From a virus (Duplodnaviria > Heunggongvirae > Uroviricota > Caudoviricetes): 43,389 bases of DNA. Each line of letters opens with the position of its first letter. Within the stretch, counting starts at the first letter, position 1. Location: positions 1 to 43,389 of IMG/VR virus record IMGVR_UViG_2778261064_000026; one strand, 5' to 3'. Positions 8,066 to 18,104 of the stretch are shown here, in pieces. The notes under the pieces are model-generated. The model was not told the origin of the DNA. It saw only the letters and a program-made list of their open reading frames with translations, and made no database searches. A program made the position numbers and the translations under genes.

Positions 8066-11000
8066 TTAAGAAACAGAAATACCAGTAGCGGCTTTCTTAG
8101 TTACCATTACCGTTAGATCGCTGATCCATGTGCTGGGAGTCCAGTTGTTGATTGCGCTTGAACTTACTTCAAAAGTTAGCGTAACTGGTCCGTGTCCGGC
8201 TGGCATATCAATAACAGCACTATACAATCCAGTCTGTCTACCATATGCACGGTTATATAATTCAGCACCGTTCTTGCGAACAATCAAGCGACAGTTATCA
8301 TAGTAAGTATTGTTATTCGAGCCTTCACGCGCATTAAGACCACCAAAGCTAATAGCCGGAACGATAATCTGACGATCAAACGGGTGATCATCTTCAATTC
8401 GAACAGTGATTGTACCTTGCGGATAACCGGGATAGCCCAATGATGGGTTTTCGTCCCAATGTGGGAATCGACGACCAATAGCTTTCACGAAGTCACCACG
8501 CACCTGATTAGCATCAAGCATACCCAAAATGCGGCAACTTGAATTAATCGTTACGTTGTTCATTTCGCCGGAATCAGCCACCAAATGACCACGAATATTA
8601 GCGTGTCTAAAATGACAAGTGCCATCTTTGCCGATATACCATCCATCGTTACCATTCCAGTTATAAGACTGGATATAGTTACCAATTTTAGCATTATCGA
8701 TAGAGCCATCAATGATATGACCTGTTCCGATCTGTGCGTGTTGGATGTGAGCGCCGTTAATCTGGGCTGTGCCGATTTTAGCCGTGGTGATACTAGCATC
8801 ACTAATCTGGGCTGTGCCAATTGCAGCATTACGAATCATCGCATTATCGAGATAAACTTTGTTATCTTCGATACCAAACGGGCATACTTCCGATCCGTTC
8901 TGTGGAGCTACCGCGATTTTATCAGCCGTAAAGATGATTCTCGTCGGTTGCGCCGGATCGTTGGTTGCGCTCATATGAATACCAGCCACGCGACCATCTG
9001 CATTAACCGCCAGATTATATTTGCTGTTAATGGTTCCCTTCAAAGCATCGATTTTTACATCTGCTTCCTGATTCACACCAGCAATCTTGCCATCCATTTC
9101 TACCCGAACTTGGTCGATCTTACTTGCGCTTGCTGCCTCACTGGTAGCAATTGCTTGTTTCAGGGTAGTAGCAGATGCGCTAACTTCATTGGTGATATCG
9201 CCTTTCAGTTCAGCTTTAACCTGATCAATCTTAGTGGAGCTAGCTTGCTCGCTGGTAGCAATCAGACTCTTGAGAGTATCGGCTGAGGCTTGGACCGTCT
9301 GCCCTGTCTCGGTAGTAATCTGTTTATGCATTGCATCAATCTTAGCATCGGCATTAGCGCCAGCTTGAGCAATAGCATCCGCGATGGTTTCATCTAAGCG
9401 ATCTTGTAAACCAATCAGGTCTTCAAGTGCTTCTTTGTCCTGATCGTCCCAGCTAATGGTAGATTTCATTTGCATGAAATACGGTTCAGACCAAACAGCA
9501 TCATCCATACCGAAAATATCGTAGTGAGCACCACGGATATAATAATCACCGTCAGCCAAATCAAAGGAAGTATGACTAACGCTATTGGTAGTCACTGCCC
9601 TTGCATCTGAGAAAGTGTTATCGGTTGCATACTGGATGATTGACCCTGCATAGTCATGTTCTACGTCATCCGCCCAGCTAACAAACGCAGTATTAAAGCC
9701 ACCACGCGCACTAAAACCTTTCATCGGCTTATGTTGTTGGTTGATAGCCACTAAACGCGCTGGGGCGCTCTCTGAGTTGTTATAGCCCTTAACGGATACT
9801 TCTACCGTCAGTTCACGGGAAAGGCCGTTAAACTGGTTCATATCAAGCGTATAGGTCCATGATTCAGGATCGCGGGTACGGTACTGAATAGACTTACCAG
9901 CCTTGTTAGTTACCTTGATAATGTAGGCTTCAAACAGGTCACTAAACTTGTTAGTTTCACCGTTGATAACCACATCTAAGGCTTGCTGATTTTCCCATTC
10001 GATAATCAGATCATTGCCTTCAAAAGTTCCTGGTGTGCTACCCTGATTTTTGATGCGGATCACTGGCGTAGGCAGTTCATAGGTAACTTCTGGATTCTGG
10101 TTAACCAGTTCCACCCATTCGGAACGAGCAATAATACCGAAAGCACAAACGCGGTAATCGTAGGAACGATCTTTTGCCAGTGCATTGATATTGAAAATTT
10201 GCTGTGAAGTCTGTCCCAGCTTAATCCAGTTAGGTGATCCACTCACACGATAATCAATCTGGAAACCGTAGCGGTTAAAATCTTCCGGTGCGTCCCATGT
10301 CAAAGTTACGTTTTTACCGTGGATTGTCTCACCAGTTGCCTTAATTCTGAAATTAGTCGGTTTCTGTACTGTCATTGAATCCGGTAAACCGGTAGGTCTA
10401 TTGTCTGGAGTCGCCGCATAGTTCAGGTCAGTATAAACCTGAGAATTATATTCTGTGGCGGTGATAGTCATCATCCCAGCAATACCAGAATCAATCGAGC
10501 GATCAATTGCAGTAATGCGCCAAAGTGAATTATTCAGTTTCAATTCATCATAGGTAACGCTAATAACATCCCACACTTCGGCAGTGAATGCGTCAGTAGT
10601 CATGAAGCTGATAACCTGAGTGATACGAGATTTATTTCGCTCAATGCTCGCGAGTTTATCAATCTGGGCTTTAGACTTAACAAAACGATATTCAATATCT
10701 TTAGCGATAATTCGACCATCTTGACGAATAGTAGCATCGTTTTCAGCATCAGCCGGATAACGTAGCATTTGCTCGGAATAGTCAATTGATGGTTCTTGAT
10801 ACATCGCGTTAATGGTATTGAAATAACCGTTAGTGCCACCTGTTTTCAGTGATACTTTACCCATCATAATATTGTCTTCATTGAAGGTATGCTTAACAAT
10901 ATCAGGAGCATCCAGTTTCAGGGTAATTCTTCCGAAGGATTCGAACATTACCCCGCCGAAAGTCTGCATAAGGCTAGTCAAGTTCTCTTTAAAGCTGGCG

Positions 11001-11842
11001 TTCGGATCACATGCACCGTTTGAATGCAAATCCATCTGGCGTACTTGCTTACGTACTTTCAGGAATGAATCAACGTTAATGTTTTCAATTGGTACTGATA
11101 GACCATATTTTTCATTTGTTAGGTAATGGAAAATCTGGTCCACGCCGTTAGTGCTTGCCTCAATAGCATTGGTTTCGAGGTTACGGATTTTTAAGCCCAT
11201 AACATCGACCGCTACCTGGCTATTAGGCTGGAGAATATCAACACCAGCAGCCAAAGATTTGTCATCACGACGTAAAACAATACACATGGTCGCAATGCCG
11301 TTACCCTGATACCGATCATCCCAATCTGCGCCCAAATGATGTTTAGCTAAATCCAATGCGGTGTTAGGATTTTTACCCGTGCGAAACTCGACTTCTAACA
11401 CTTTGCGGTATTCTTCTTTAATGTTTCCTTTATCGAGAACACCATCACGAATTGTCATATTCTGGCTAATGAGAACATTTTTATTATCGATGTGCAGTGC
11501 TTTAAAGTGATCGATCTCACCTTCTGAAATAGCAAAAATTTGTACCAGTTTGTTGTTTTCACGCTGTGAAATTGCTTTGTAAACGCAGATTGCACCCGTG
11601 CGGGTAGTACCGAAAAGGACGGGTAATACTGTCTTAGGATCGTTTGATGTTCCTAGTGTCACCGCATTATCTGGGCTTTGTACTTTAGGTGTTTTTGGTG
11701 CGCCTACAGTGGAAGCGATCAAGGTCATTGCACCAGCAGCCATACCGATAGCGACTGCGGTCATAACAGAAAATGTTGCAGCAGCAGCCATCCCAGCAGA
11801 CGCACCAGCAATAACCGCGCCTACCAATACTTCAAATCCCAT
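8066..11842 (-). CDS. central tail fiber / tip attachment protein J-like, 1258 aa, with lambda-J-like C-terminal receptor-binding domain
   Basis: C-terminal segments TVRIEDDHPFDRQIIVP, VIDMPAGHGPVTLTF and VMVTKKAATGISVS match my recollection of lambda gpJ C-terminus; size and position after K-like gene. Confidence 0.8.
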   Translation of the reverse strand: MGFEVLVGAVIAGASAGMAAAATFSVMTAVAIGMAAGAMTLIASTVGAPKTPKVQSPDNAVTLGTSNDPKTVLPVLFGTTRTGAICVYKAISQRENNKLVQIFAISEGEIDHFKALHIDNKNVLISQNMTIRDGVLDKGNIKEEYRKVLEVEFRTGKNPNTALDLAKHHLGADWDDRYQGNGIATMCIVLRRDDKSLAAGVDILQPNSQVAVDVMGLKIRNLETNAIEASTNGVDQIFHYLTNEKYGLSVPIENINVDSFLKVRKQVRQMDLHSNGACDPNASFKENLTSLMQTFGGVMFESFGRITLKLDAPDIVKHTFNEDNIMMGKVSLKTGGTNGYFNTINAMYQEPSIDYSEQMLRYPADAENDATIRQDGRIIAKDIEYRFVKSKAQIDKLASIERNKSRITQVISFMTTDAFTAEVWDVISVTYDELKLNNSLWRITAIDRSIDSGIAGMMTITATEYNSQVYTDLNYAATPDNRPTGLPDSMTVQKPTNFRIKATGETIHGKNVTLTWDAPEDFNRYGFQIDYRVSGSPNWIKLGQTSQQIFNINALAKDRSYDYRVCAFGIIARSEWVELVNQNPEVTYELPTPVIRIKNQGSTPGTFEGNDLIIEWENQQALDVVINGETNKFSDLFEAYIIKVTNKAGKSIQYRTRDPESWTYTLDMNQFNGLSRELTVEVSVKGYNNSESAPARLVAINQQHKPMKGFSARGGFNTAFVSWADDVEHDYAGSIIQYATDNTFSDARAVTTNSVSHTSFDLADGDYYIRGAHYDIFGMDDAVWSEPYFMQMKSTISWDDQDKEALEDLIGLQDRLDETIADAIAQAGANADAKIDAMHKQITTETGQTVQASADTLKSLIATSEQASSTKIDQVKAELKGDITNEVSASATTLKQAIATSEAASASKIDQVRVEMDGKIAGVNQEADVKIDALKGTINSKYNLAVNADGRVAGIHMSATNDPAQPTRIIFTADKIAVAPQNGSEVCPFGIEDNKVYLDNAMIRNAAIGTAQISDASITTAKIGTAQINGAHIQHAQIGTGHIIDGSIDNAKIGNYIQSYNWNGNDGWYIGKDGTCHFRHANIRGHLVADSGEMNNVTINSSCRILGMLDANQVRGDFVKAIGRRFPHWDENPSLGYPGYPQGTITVRIEDDHPFDRQIIVPAISFGGLNAREGSNNNTYYDNCRLIVRKNGAELYNRAYGRQTGLYSAVIDMPAGHGPVTLTFEVSSSAINNWTPSTWISDLTVMVTKKAATGISVS

Positions 11843-12276
11843 TATTCACCCCCGAATCTATAAACTTGTTCATATTCAATGTCTGAAACAGGAATGGTCA
11901 TCCAGATACCATCTTCTTCAACGAGGCCATAACCGGAATAATGAGGAACTACGGAATAATATTTGCGGTTCCCTAATTTGTGGGCTGTGACCAGTAAGTC
12001 GCCGTCCTGTAAATCATCAGTGACTAATTTGAAATGTTTCTTAATTGGTTGAAGGATATTTGAATACCCGCTTAATTCTTTGCAGATTTTCAAGCCTTCT
12101 TCTTTAGTTGAATATTTTTTATAAAGAGAATTATATAGGTCAGTACCAGCGAGAATATCGATGATCTTACATGCAATTAGATTGCAATCATTCTCGCCTT
12201 GAACGAACTCCTGACCTATTAAAGAATTGATGTAATCAGTGATAAGCCTAGTTTTTAGCATGTTGAATACCTCCAT
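11842..12276 (-). CDS. tail assembly protein K-like (NlpC/P60-type Cys-His peptidase fold), 144 aa
   Basis: GENDCNLIAC Cys motif and downstream His; TAATG overlap with J-like start. Confidence 0.5.
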   Translation of the reverse strand: MEVFNMLKTRLITDYINSLIGQEFVQGENDCNLIACKIIDILAGTDLYNSLYKKYSTKEEGLKICKELSGYSNILQPIKKHFKLVTDDLQDGDLLVTAHKLGNRKYYSVVPHYSGYGLVEEDGIWMTIPVSDIEYEQVYRFGGE

Positions 12277-12307
12277 GCTGTTATTTACTAGGCTTAGGGA
12301 GAAGGGA

Positions 12308-13078
12308 TTATTTCTTGAAGTCTTCGTACATTCTACGAAGGTTGTATTTTGGATGGCCTAAGCTAACCATGATTTGACTCAATTTAACCGCGCCGGGTTT
12401 ACCGTTTTCAATCCACACGCGCCGGATTTCATCGTAATGCTGCCAACAGCCTTGACCTTTAGCAATACGTATAGAATGTGTATATTTCTTGGTAGAGCTT
12501 TCTGGTCGCTTGCGCCCTAGATGTGCTTTTCTAATCTTTTCGCGTGTTTCTTCTGATACAGGTTTACCATAACGGGGGTTATTCTCTCCACGAGTAGCAG
12601 CCGATAATTTAGCTAATATTTCTGGGTTTGTTACTTTTTTGCCTCTCATTGCACTAGGTTTACCATAGCGATGGTTCTTTTCACCCATTCGAGATGCCGA
12701 CATTTTAGCTCTAGATTCCGGTGTATGTTTTCTTCCGTAAAAAGGATGATTTTCACCACCATCAAAACCACCGACACCACCAGGAGCTATATTAAGACAT
12801 ACACCACGCCCCCATTTTTCGCGTGCTGCCTCCACTAACAGGATTTCACATTCAAACGCTTCCTCGGCAGTATCAAACAATTTTGAACGAACAACTTCAA
12901 ATTCATATATCGGGGTTTCTGATTCTTTATTTTTACGCTTCATCATTTTAATAACTTTACCCGATCCCACATATCCATCGTCTAGATTTGTGGTTGTTCT
13001 TTTTCCGACGTAATGATAGATTTTACCAGAGCGATTAGATTTAATAGTGGTGTGATAAACGTAATGGAATTTTTGCAT
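12308..13078 (-). CDS. GIY-YIG homing endonuclease with NUMOD3-type DNA-binding repeats, 256 aa
   Basis: N-terminal YHYVYHTT...GKIYHYVGKR...GYVGSG GIY-YIG motif; three repeats HPFYGRKHTPESRAK / NHRYGKPSAMRGKK / NNPRYGKPVSEETREKIRKAH. Confidence 0.75.
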   Translation of the reverse strand: MQKFHYVYHTTIKSNRSGKIYHYVGKRTTTNLDDGYVGSGKVIKMMKRKNKESETPIYEFEVVRSKLFDTAEEAFECEILLVEAAREKWGRGVCLNIAPGGVGGFDGGENHPFYGRKHTPESRAKMSASRMGEKNHRYGKPSAMRGKKVTNPEILAKLSAATRGENNPRYGKPVSEETREKIRKAHLGRKRPESSTKKYTHSIRIAKGQGCWQHYDEIRRVWIENGKPGAVKLSQIMVSLGHPKYNLRRMYEDFKK

Positions 13079-13152
13079 ATAGGAAAGCCCTCAAAAATAA
13101 AGAATCTCTCCTATATTTATTGAGGGCTTTAGTGTGCCATTTAGTTTCAGTC

Positions 13153-13806
13153 TTATTTTTTAGACGAGTGCCAGCGGCTTTCGCTATTCCACTTCCCGGC
13201 ACGAGAGAAGAATAGATCATTCTCGTTTCCAACATAGGATCGGTGGATACCATCGGAGGCATGACTTCGAGCGTTTTTATCTAGAACTTCCCAGATACTA
13301 TTAAGCTGAAATTCTGATTCGTTTTTACACTCATCATATTCATGTTCGATGTTAATCCCGATGGAATCGACTACCCCACGGAAAACAGGGTAAGTGGTTT
13401 CAACCTTGCCCGTGTTAGGGTTCAGGAACACCATTTCGATTTTCACATCTGATTTATCGAATTGCTTGTTTCGAATCAGGGTAATGTATTCCTCGCGAAC
13501 GTTAGAAACGGTTACGTTAATCCCGTTGTTGTTGATCTCCTTCTCTTCGGTATTCGATGAGATTTGAAGAAAATCACCCGTTGCGAGATACGTAAATCCG
13601 TTATAGTCCAAATCGAAATACCCATCTGTAAGCCGTAGAACGTCCCCTGACGCTGTTATCACTTCGATAATGTGAAACATCGATCCAGTGGAAAAAAGCT
13701 GCGGTAGCGTCAATCTAGACACGTTCTGACCTGTCTGGTCGTTGTAGACCTCGATGAAGTCCAGATTAGTACATAGTTGGCTGAATGATTCCTGAATAGT
13801 TGCCAT
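13153..13806 (-). CDS. minor tail protein (L-like position), about 217 aa from MATIQ
   Basis: position between tape measure and K/J genes; start chosen at ATG overlapping upstream stop; track ORF extends to 13860. Confidence 0.4.
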   Translation of the reverse strand: MATIQESFSQLCTNLDFIEVYNDQTGQNVSRLTLPQLFSTGSMFHIIEVITASGDVLRLTDGYFDLDYNGFTYLATGDFLQISSNTEEKEINNNGINVTVSNVREEYITLIRNKQFDKSDVKIEMVFLNPNTGKVETTYPVFRGVVDSIGINIEHEYDECKNESEFQLNSIWEVLDKNARSHASDGIHRSYVGNENDLFFSRAGKWNSESRWHSSKK

Positions 13807-14402
13807 TATACATTCTCCACTAATTCGAATTTCATCTTGCCAATCTGGGCGATCTTCCAATCGATATTTTCAGTTTTGAGAACAAATTCACCTTCTACGT
13901 TCTGATACTTGATCACCTCACCCGCCAGGACGTTCTGACGCAAGTTAGGGAAGAGTTTCATTTCACCGCCTGATTTCACGTCTTCGGTGATCGTGTAGAT
14001 TTTCTTGTGGTTCTCAAACTGTACAATCGTTCCCGCTTTCAGTGTTCCGGTGAAGTTGGAGATTCTCACCTTACGCCCACCGCGAGCAGTACCAGCAGCA
14101 GCCGTAACCATCTGGCGTACATCACCTGTATATTTTGAAAAGTAAGACAGTGGCACACTAAAAGGACGACCAAAAAGGTGACGTGCTACAAATTCTTTTA
14201 CTTCGTTAATATCCTGAGCCATGAAATTAGCTGTAAATTCTGCTTCATAAAAATGAATACCAGTAAAGCGACGCTGGAACTTACCAGAAATAGATTGCGC
14301 CTTGAAGAAAGGTTGTTTTGATTTAAGAGTAAAATCTGTGATTTTAATATTTTTGGATTTGAACATAGAAAAAGCCCCCATAGTTTTATGATTATTTATC
14401 AC
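13806..14402 (-). CDS. minor tail protein (M-like/distal tail position), 198 aa or shorter; start uncertain
   Basis: immediately downstream of tape measure; hairpin 14372-14414 overlaps 5' end so true start may be ATG at about 14381 or 14366. Confidence 0.4.
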   Translation of the reverse strand: MINNHKTMGAFSMFKSKNIKITDFTLKSKQPFFKAQSISGKFQRRFTGIHFYEAEFTANFMAQDINEVKEFVARHLFGRPFSVPLSYFSKYTGDVRQMVTAAAGTARGGRKVRISNFTGTLKAGTIVQFENHKKIYTITEDVKSGGEMKLFPNLRQNVLAGEVIKYQNVEGEFVLKTENIDWKIAQIGKMKFELVENV

Positions 14403-14417
14403 TATGAGGGCTTTTAA

Positions 14418-16772
14418 TTACATCTTACGGCGCTGTGCGTCTTCTACCGCCTGAGCAACTAACTTAGCATGACGTTTGATAGCATCCATGACCATCTTGT
14501 CTGAGCTATTAACGTTGCCGTTAATGTTCAAAGGTGCGTTAACTTCAATCGGCTGAGAGTTACCACCGCCTGATTTTTGAGCAGATAAGAAGTCTTTCAA
14601 ATCACCGTTAGTACGCTGATCAACTACTCGTTCACCCTTATCAAGCAGCCATGTACCCTCACGCGGGATGTTATCGATACCATCATGAGCCATACCGCTA
14701 ACGTTAGTAGACTTGATGTTTGCGATGTTCCCCATGTTCTGAGAAACAGCCAATGCAGCAGCCGCGATTTTTTGACCTGTGGTTACGTTGGTCGGATCGT
14801 TCCATGCATCGGTAGCAGCCGTCCACATGTTCACCGTCGCTTGTCCAATAGAGAATGCTTTATGAGCAGTGAAAGCCATCTGCATAGCTTTAGTGTTTTC
14901 CTGCCCGAAGAGAGTCATTGCAGCAGCAAAACCGCCATACATATCATCAGCTATTGACTGACGAGCATCAGCATATTTCTTCTCAATTGCAGCCATTCGT
15001 TTTTGATGGTTTTCATTGAGTTTTTCTAATTCTTCCATCCGTTTAGCCGGATCGGTGATCCCATCAATCTTGATTTTACCGGTCTTATAATCTTGTTCCG
15101 CTTCCGATTTCTCTTTATCGATTGCATTAAATTTAGCAAACGGATCATTTGGATCTTGATAGTCTAAGCTATTGGTCAACTGATTGGTTTTAAAACCATC
15201 CATTCCATGCAAAGAATCTTCAATCTGTGAATAACTTTGCTCGGTATCATTCACACGACGCATATATTCTTCGTAGGAGATAGCTTTACCATCAAGTAAC
15301 CGTTTATGGCTTTCTAACTCGTTGTCCCTGATTTGTTGCAAAACTGTTAAGGCATTCAAAGCATCAACCGGATCAGCACCCAGCATCATTTTATAGATGT
15401 TTTCTGCGTTCTGGTCTAACAGTTGCTGACGTTTAGCGGCTGCGTCTTGCTGTGAGATTAAGCCCAGATCTAAAGCAGTGTCCAAATCTTTCAAGCTGGC
15501 TTCTAACTGCTTGTTTTGAGAAGCAATAGACGCGGCTGTCTGTCCTTGCAATTTAACATCAAGAGCATTCAGTCGCTTGATTGCATCCTCGCGTGCTTTC
15601 TGTGCTTTTTCTGCGGCTTCCTTAGCCTTTTTAGCTGCCTCTTCCGCTTTCTTCTTGGCTTCTTCTTGTTCTTTTTTTGTTGGACCAGTGACGCCTCCAC
15701 CTTGACCCGTTGGGGTAAATCCAGTATCCGATTTATTTCCAGTGATAGTAATTACCGGATCGCCGTTTTTATCACGGGTAACTCCTTCACTATCCACCCA
15801 ACGATCAGGATAATTTGGTTTATTGTTGAAGCTGGCTTGTCCACCTGCTAGACCAGTAGAACTATAACCATGCTTGTTAATAAAACCACCGTTAGCCATA
15901 GCCATATTCTGGCGAGCTTTTTCAAACCTTTCATTAAACGTCTTTAATGCGTTGAATAAAGCGGTCTTTTCCCAATCTTTATCAAACCAGTTGTATAACT
16001 TGTTCATCCCTTCAACAACTGGATTTAGCGCATTTGCTGCCATACCCTTTAAGTTATCGGTAAGGGTATCCATATTTTTAGAGAATTTATTATATTCTTC
16101 GGCTGTATCATTGGTGATTTTAACAGTTTGCTGATTAATGGCGTTTACAGCTTCCTGATAAGATCCGTATTTCTGCAATTCATCAGCCATATGACTTGAA
16201 TCACTGGCTAACGATTCCATCATAAACTTAACATCAGCGATAGACGCACCAGCCTTGCGCATATCATAGAAGACCTTGATTGCCGCTTTCATCCCGCCTT
16301 GTGGATCGTTCATAAACTCGGCATAATCTTTAATCTTCAAACCTACACTTTCTAGGTCGTCTTCAATACCGCCACCGTTACGCCATGCATCAGCCAGTTT
16401 ATCTAAGGTGTCTTTGTTAATATCACCAAATTTCTCAACGGTTAAGCCAGTGCCAGAGAATTGCTTCTCTAATTTCTGGAGTGTTTCGACGGTTAAACCA
16501 GTTGCTTTTGAAACTTCGCTGTATTCCTTTACATAATCACCGATGGCATTTGCAGCAGAGACAGCACCAGCAGCCAGACCAACAAAACCACCAGCAGCCA
16601 AAGCAAGCGATCCACCAGTTCCGCGAAGGGTTCCACTTAAACTAGATAAACCACCAGACAAATCAAGATTCATTGCCCTTTCTGAAAGGTTATCAAGCAT
16701 GTCAATCGCTTGGTTGGTACTTCTCCTTAGACCGTCGTTATTCCCTTCTATTGTTACTATATGTTTTGTCAT
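14418..16772 (-). CDS. tail tape measure protein, 784 aa
   Basis: size, position after chaperone pair, long coiled-coil/low-complexity stretch KKEQEEAKKKAEEAAKKAKEAAEKAQKARE. Confidence 0.8.
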   Translation of the reverse strand: MTKHIVTIEGNNDGLRRSTNQAIDMLDNLSERAMNLDLSGGLSSLSGTLRGTGGSLALAAGGFVGLAAGAVSAANAIGDYVKEYSEVSKATGLTVETLQKLEKQFSGTGLTVEKFGDINKDTLDKLADAWRNGGGIEDDLESVGLKIKDYAEFMNDPQGGMKAAIKVFYDMRKAGASIADVKFMMESLASDSSHMADELQKYGSYQEAVNAINQQTVKITNDTAEEYNKFSKNMDTLTDNLKGMAANALNPVVEGMNKLYNWFDKDWEKTALFNALKTFNERFEKARQNMAMANGGFINKHGYSSTGLAGGQASFNNKPNYPDRWVDSEGVTRDKNGDPVITITGNKSDTGFTPTGQGGGVTGPTKKEQEEAKKKAEEAAKKAKEAAEKAQKAREDAIKRLNALDVKLQGQTAASIASQNKQLEASLKDLDTALDLGLISQQDAAAKRQQLLDQNAENIYKMMLGADPVDALNALTVLQQIRDNELESHKRLLDGKAISYEEYMRRVNDTEQSYSQIEDSLHGMDGFKTNQLTNSLDYQDPNDPFAKFNAIDKEKSEAEQDYKTGKIKIDGITDPAKRMEELEKLNENHQKRMAAIEKKYADARQSIADDMYGGFAAAMTLFGQENTKAMQMAFTAHKAFSIGQATVNMWTAATDAWNDPTNVTTGQKIAAAALAVSQNMGNIANIKSTNVSGMAHDGIDNIPREGTWLLDKGERVVDQRTNGDLKDFLSAQKSGGGNSQPIEVNAPLNINGNVNSSDKMVMDAIKRHAKLVAQAVEDAQRRKM

Positions 16773-16783
16773 AAATTACCCCT

Positions 16784-17125
16784 TTAACCGCTTCTGAGTT
16801 TCTCAAGCAAAGATGGATCAAACATGTTCAGCATTGCCGCTTTACGTTCTTCTTCTTTCTTGCGTGCAATTTCTTCCAGTTCTTCTTTAGTTTTAAAGAG
16901 TTTTTCTTCTCTAATTAATTGGAATTGGCTAGGCTTGAGTTTGCGTGCAGTTTCGCGTGTCATTCCTTGCGATGTCATATACATGGAATATTGCAACATC
17001 GCATTCTGCATATCTTGAAACGCGGGGCTTTGTGGTTCTAAGTAGGTGTCGAAAATGTATAATTTCCAAAACAGAGTGATTGGCATATTATCCATTTCAT
17101 CTTTACTAAGCCCCGATCGCATCAT
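16784..17125 (-). CDS. tail assembly chaperone, T-like frame (possible GT fusion partner), 113 aa
   Basis: position between major tail gene and tape measure; frame open upstream of its ATG into end of preceding ORF. Confidence 0.45.
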   Translation of the reverse strand: MMRSGLSKDEMDNMPITLFWKLYIFDTYLEPQSPAFQDMQNAMLQYSMYMTSQGMTRETARKLKPSQFQLIREEKLFKTKEELEEIARKKEEERKAAMLNMFDPSLLEKLRSG

Positions 17126-17154
17126 TTGCCGGAAATAGAAATTCAGAAGCGGGT

Positions 17155-17463
17155 TTACTTTACCTCGTTTTCAATTACTGCCGGATCTTGCATCAAGGAT
17201 GCTTGAGCAACTAAGCCGATTAATTCACTACGGACGTTAGTATACAGTGCTTTAACTTGTTCCATAGATTCAAATACTGGCTTACCGTCTTCATCTTCAA
17301 TACAACGAAGAATAGAACGTTCATCACGGTCTTCTTTATCGGTATTGAAAACATGTTCGTTAAATTCTTTTACTGACATAGGGCGAGCATAGAAAGTGAA
17401 TCCACCGATGGTCAGAGATTCGCGTTTAGGAGAAAGTGCGGCTAACATTTCATTAATATTCAT
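17155..17463 (-). CDS. tail assembly chaperone, G-like, 102 aa
   Basis: position directly after major tail protein gene and before tape measure. Confidence 0.45.
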   Translation of the reverse strand: MNINEMLAALSPKRESLTIGGFTFYARPMSVKEFNEHVFNTDKEDRDERSILRCIEDEDGKPVFESMEQVKALYTNVRSELIGLVAQASLMQDPAVIENEVK

Positions 17464-17509
17464 TATTGTTTCCTCTTAAGTTAATTAGATATGTTTATTT
17501 AGAATTGGA

Positions 17510-17537
17510 AACAAAAAAGCCACCCCGAAGGATGGCT
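17510..17537 (-). terminator. strong rho-independent terminator (UUCG-type tetraloop) after major tail protein gene
   Basis: minus-strand agccatcc-ttcg-gggtggct followed by ttttttgttt. Confidence 0.55.
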
Positions 17538-17545
17538 AGAGAATA

Positions 17546-18016
17546 TTAGACTTTCTGGAAAACAGCTTGTTTAACCGGAGCACCATCTACTACAAAAGTG
17601 AAGGTACGACCGACTACAGCATCTTCGCCGCCAGTCATGGTAGTTTTAGACAGGAAGCCGTTATAAGCGATGTGTACACCAGATTTTTTGGTAGCGTCGA
17701 TGTAGTAAGCAATTTTAAGCTGTACGCGCTTACCGTCTTCGGTTGCTTTAATCAGTTTTTCGTGTACTTCGTTACCCGGCATGTAGTTGATCGAAAGTTC
17801 GATATCCGGTACAGACATACGACCAACCAGCTTACGGTTATACGGACCACCGAAGTTAGGAACATCGACAGTAGAACGTTCTACACCAGTTTCCGGGAAA
17901 GCCGCACATTCTGGAATTTCCAGATAGGTTTCAGCGTCAAGATCAACGTTAGCTACATCTTCTTGCAGAAACAGACCAACGAGGCCACCAGAGAAAATAT
18001 CAAATTTAGTAGTCAT
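17546..18016 (-). CDS. putative major tail (tube) protein, 156 aa
   Basis: immediately upstream of chaperone pair; host-optimal codon usage; followed by strong terminator. Confidence 0.5.
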   Translation of the reverse strand: MTTKFDIFSGGLVGLFLQEDVANVDLDAETYLEIPECAAFPETGVERSTVDVPNFGGPYNRKLVGRMSVPDIELSINYMPGNEVHEKLIKATEDGKRVQLKIAYYIDATKKSGVHIAYNGFLSKTTMTGGEDAVVGRTFTFVVDGAPVKQAVFQKV

Positions 18017-18104
18017 TATTCTTTTCCTTCTATTTTTAAAACAATAGGGTACATGCCCGTAATTCTATTTATTTAGTTAAATGGGGGTGTTCCCCCCATT
18101 TATA

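Noticed and set aside
8284-11990. Multiple 60-233-aa ORFs on both strands inside the J-like gene
   Set aside because: All lie within or antisense to the 1258-aa ORF, whose C-terminal homology supports the long frame.
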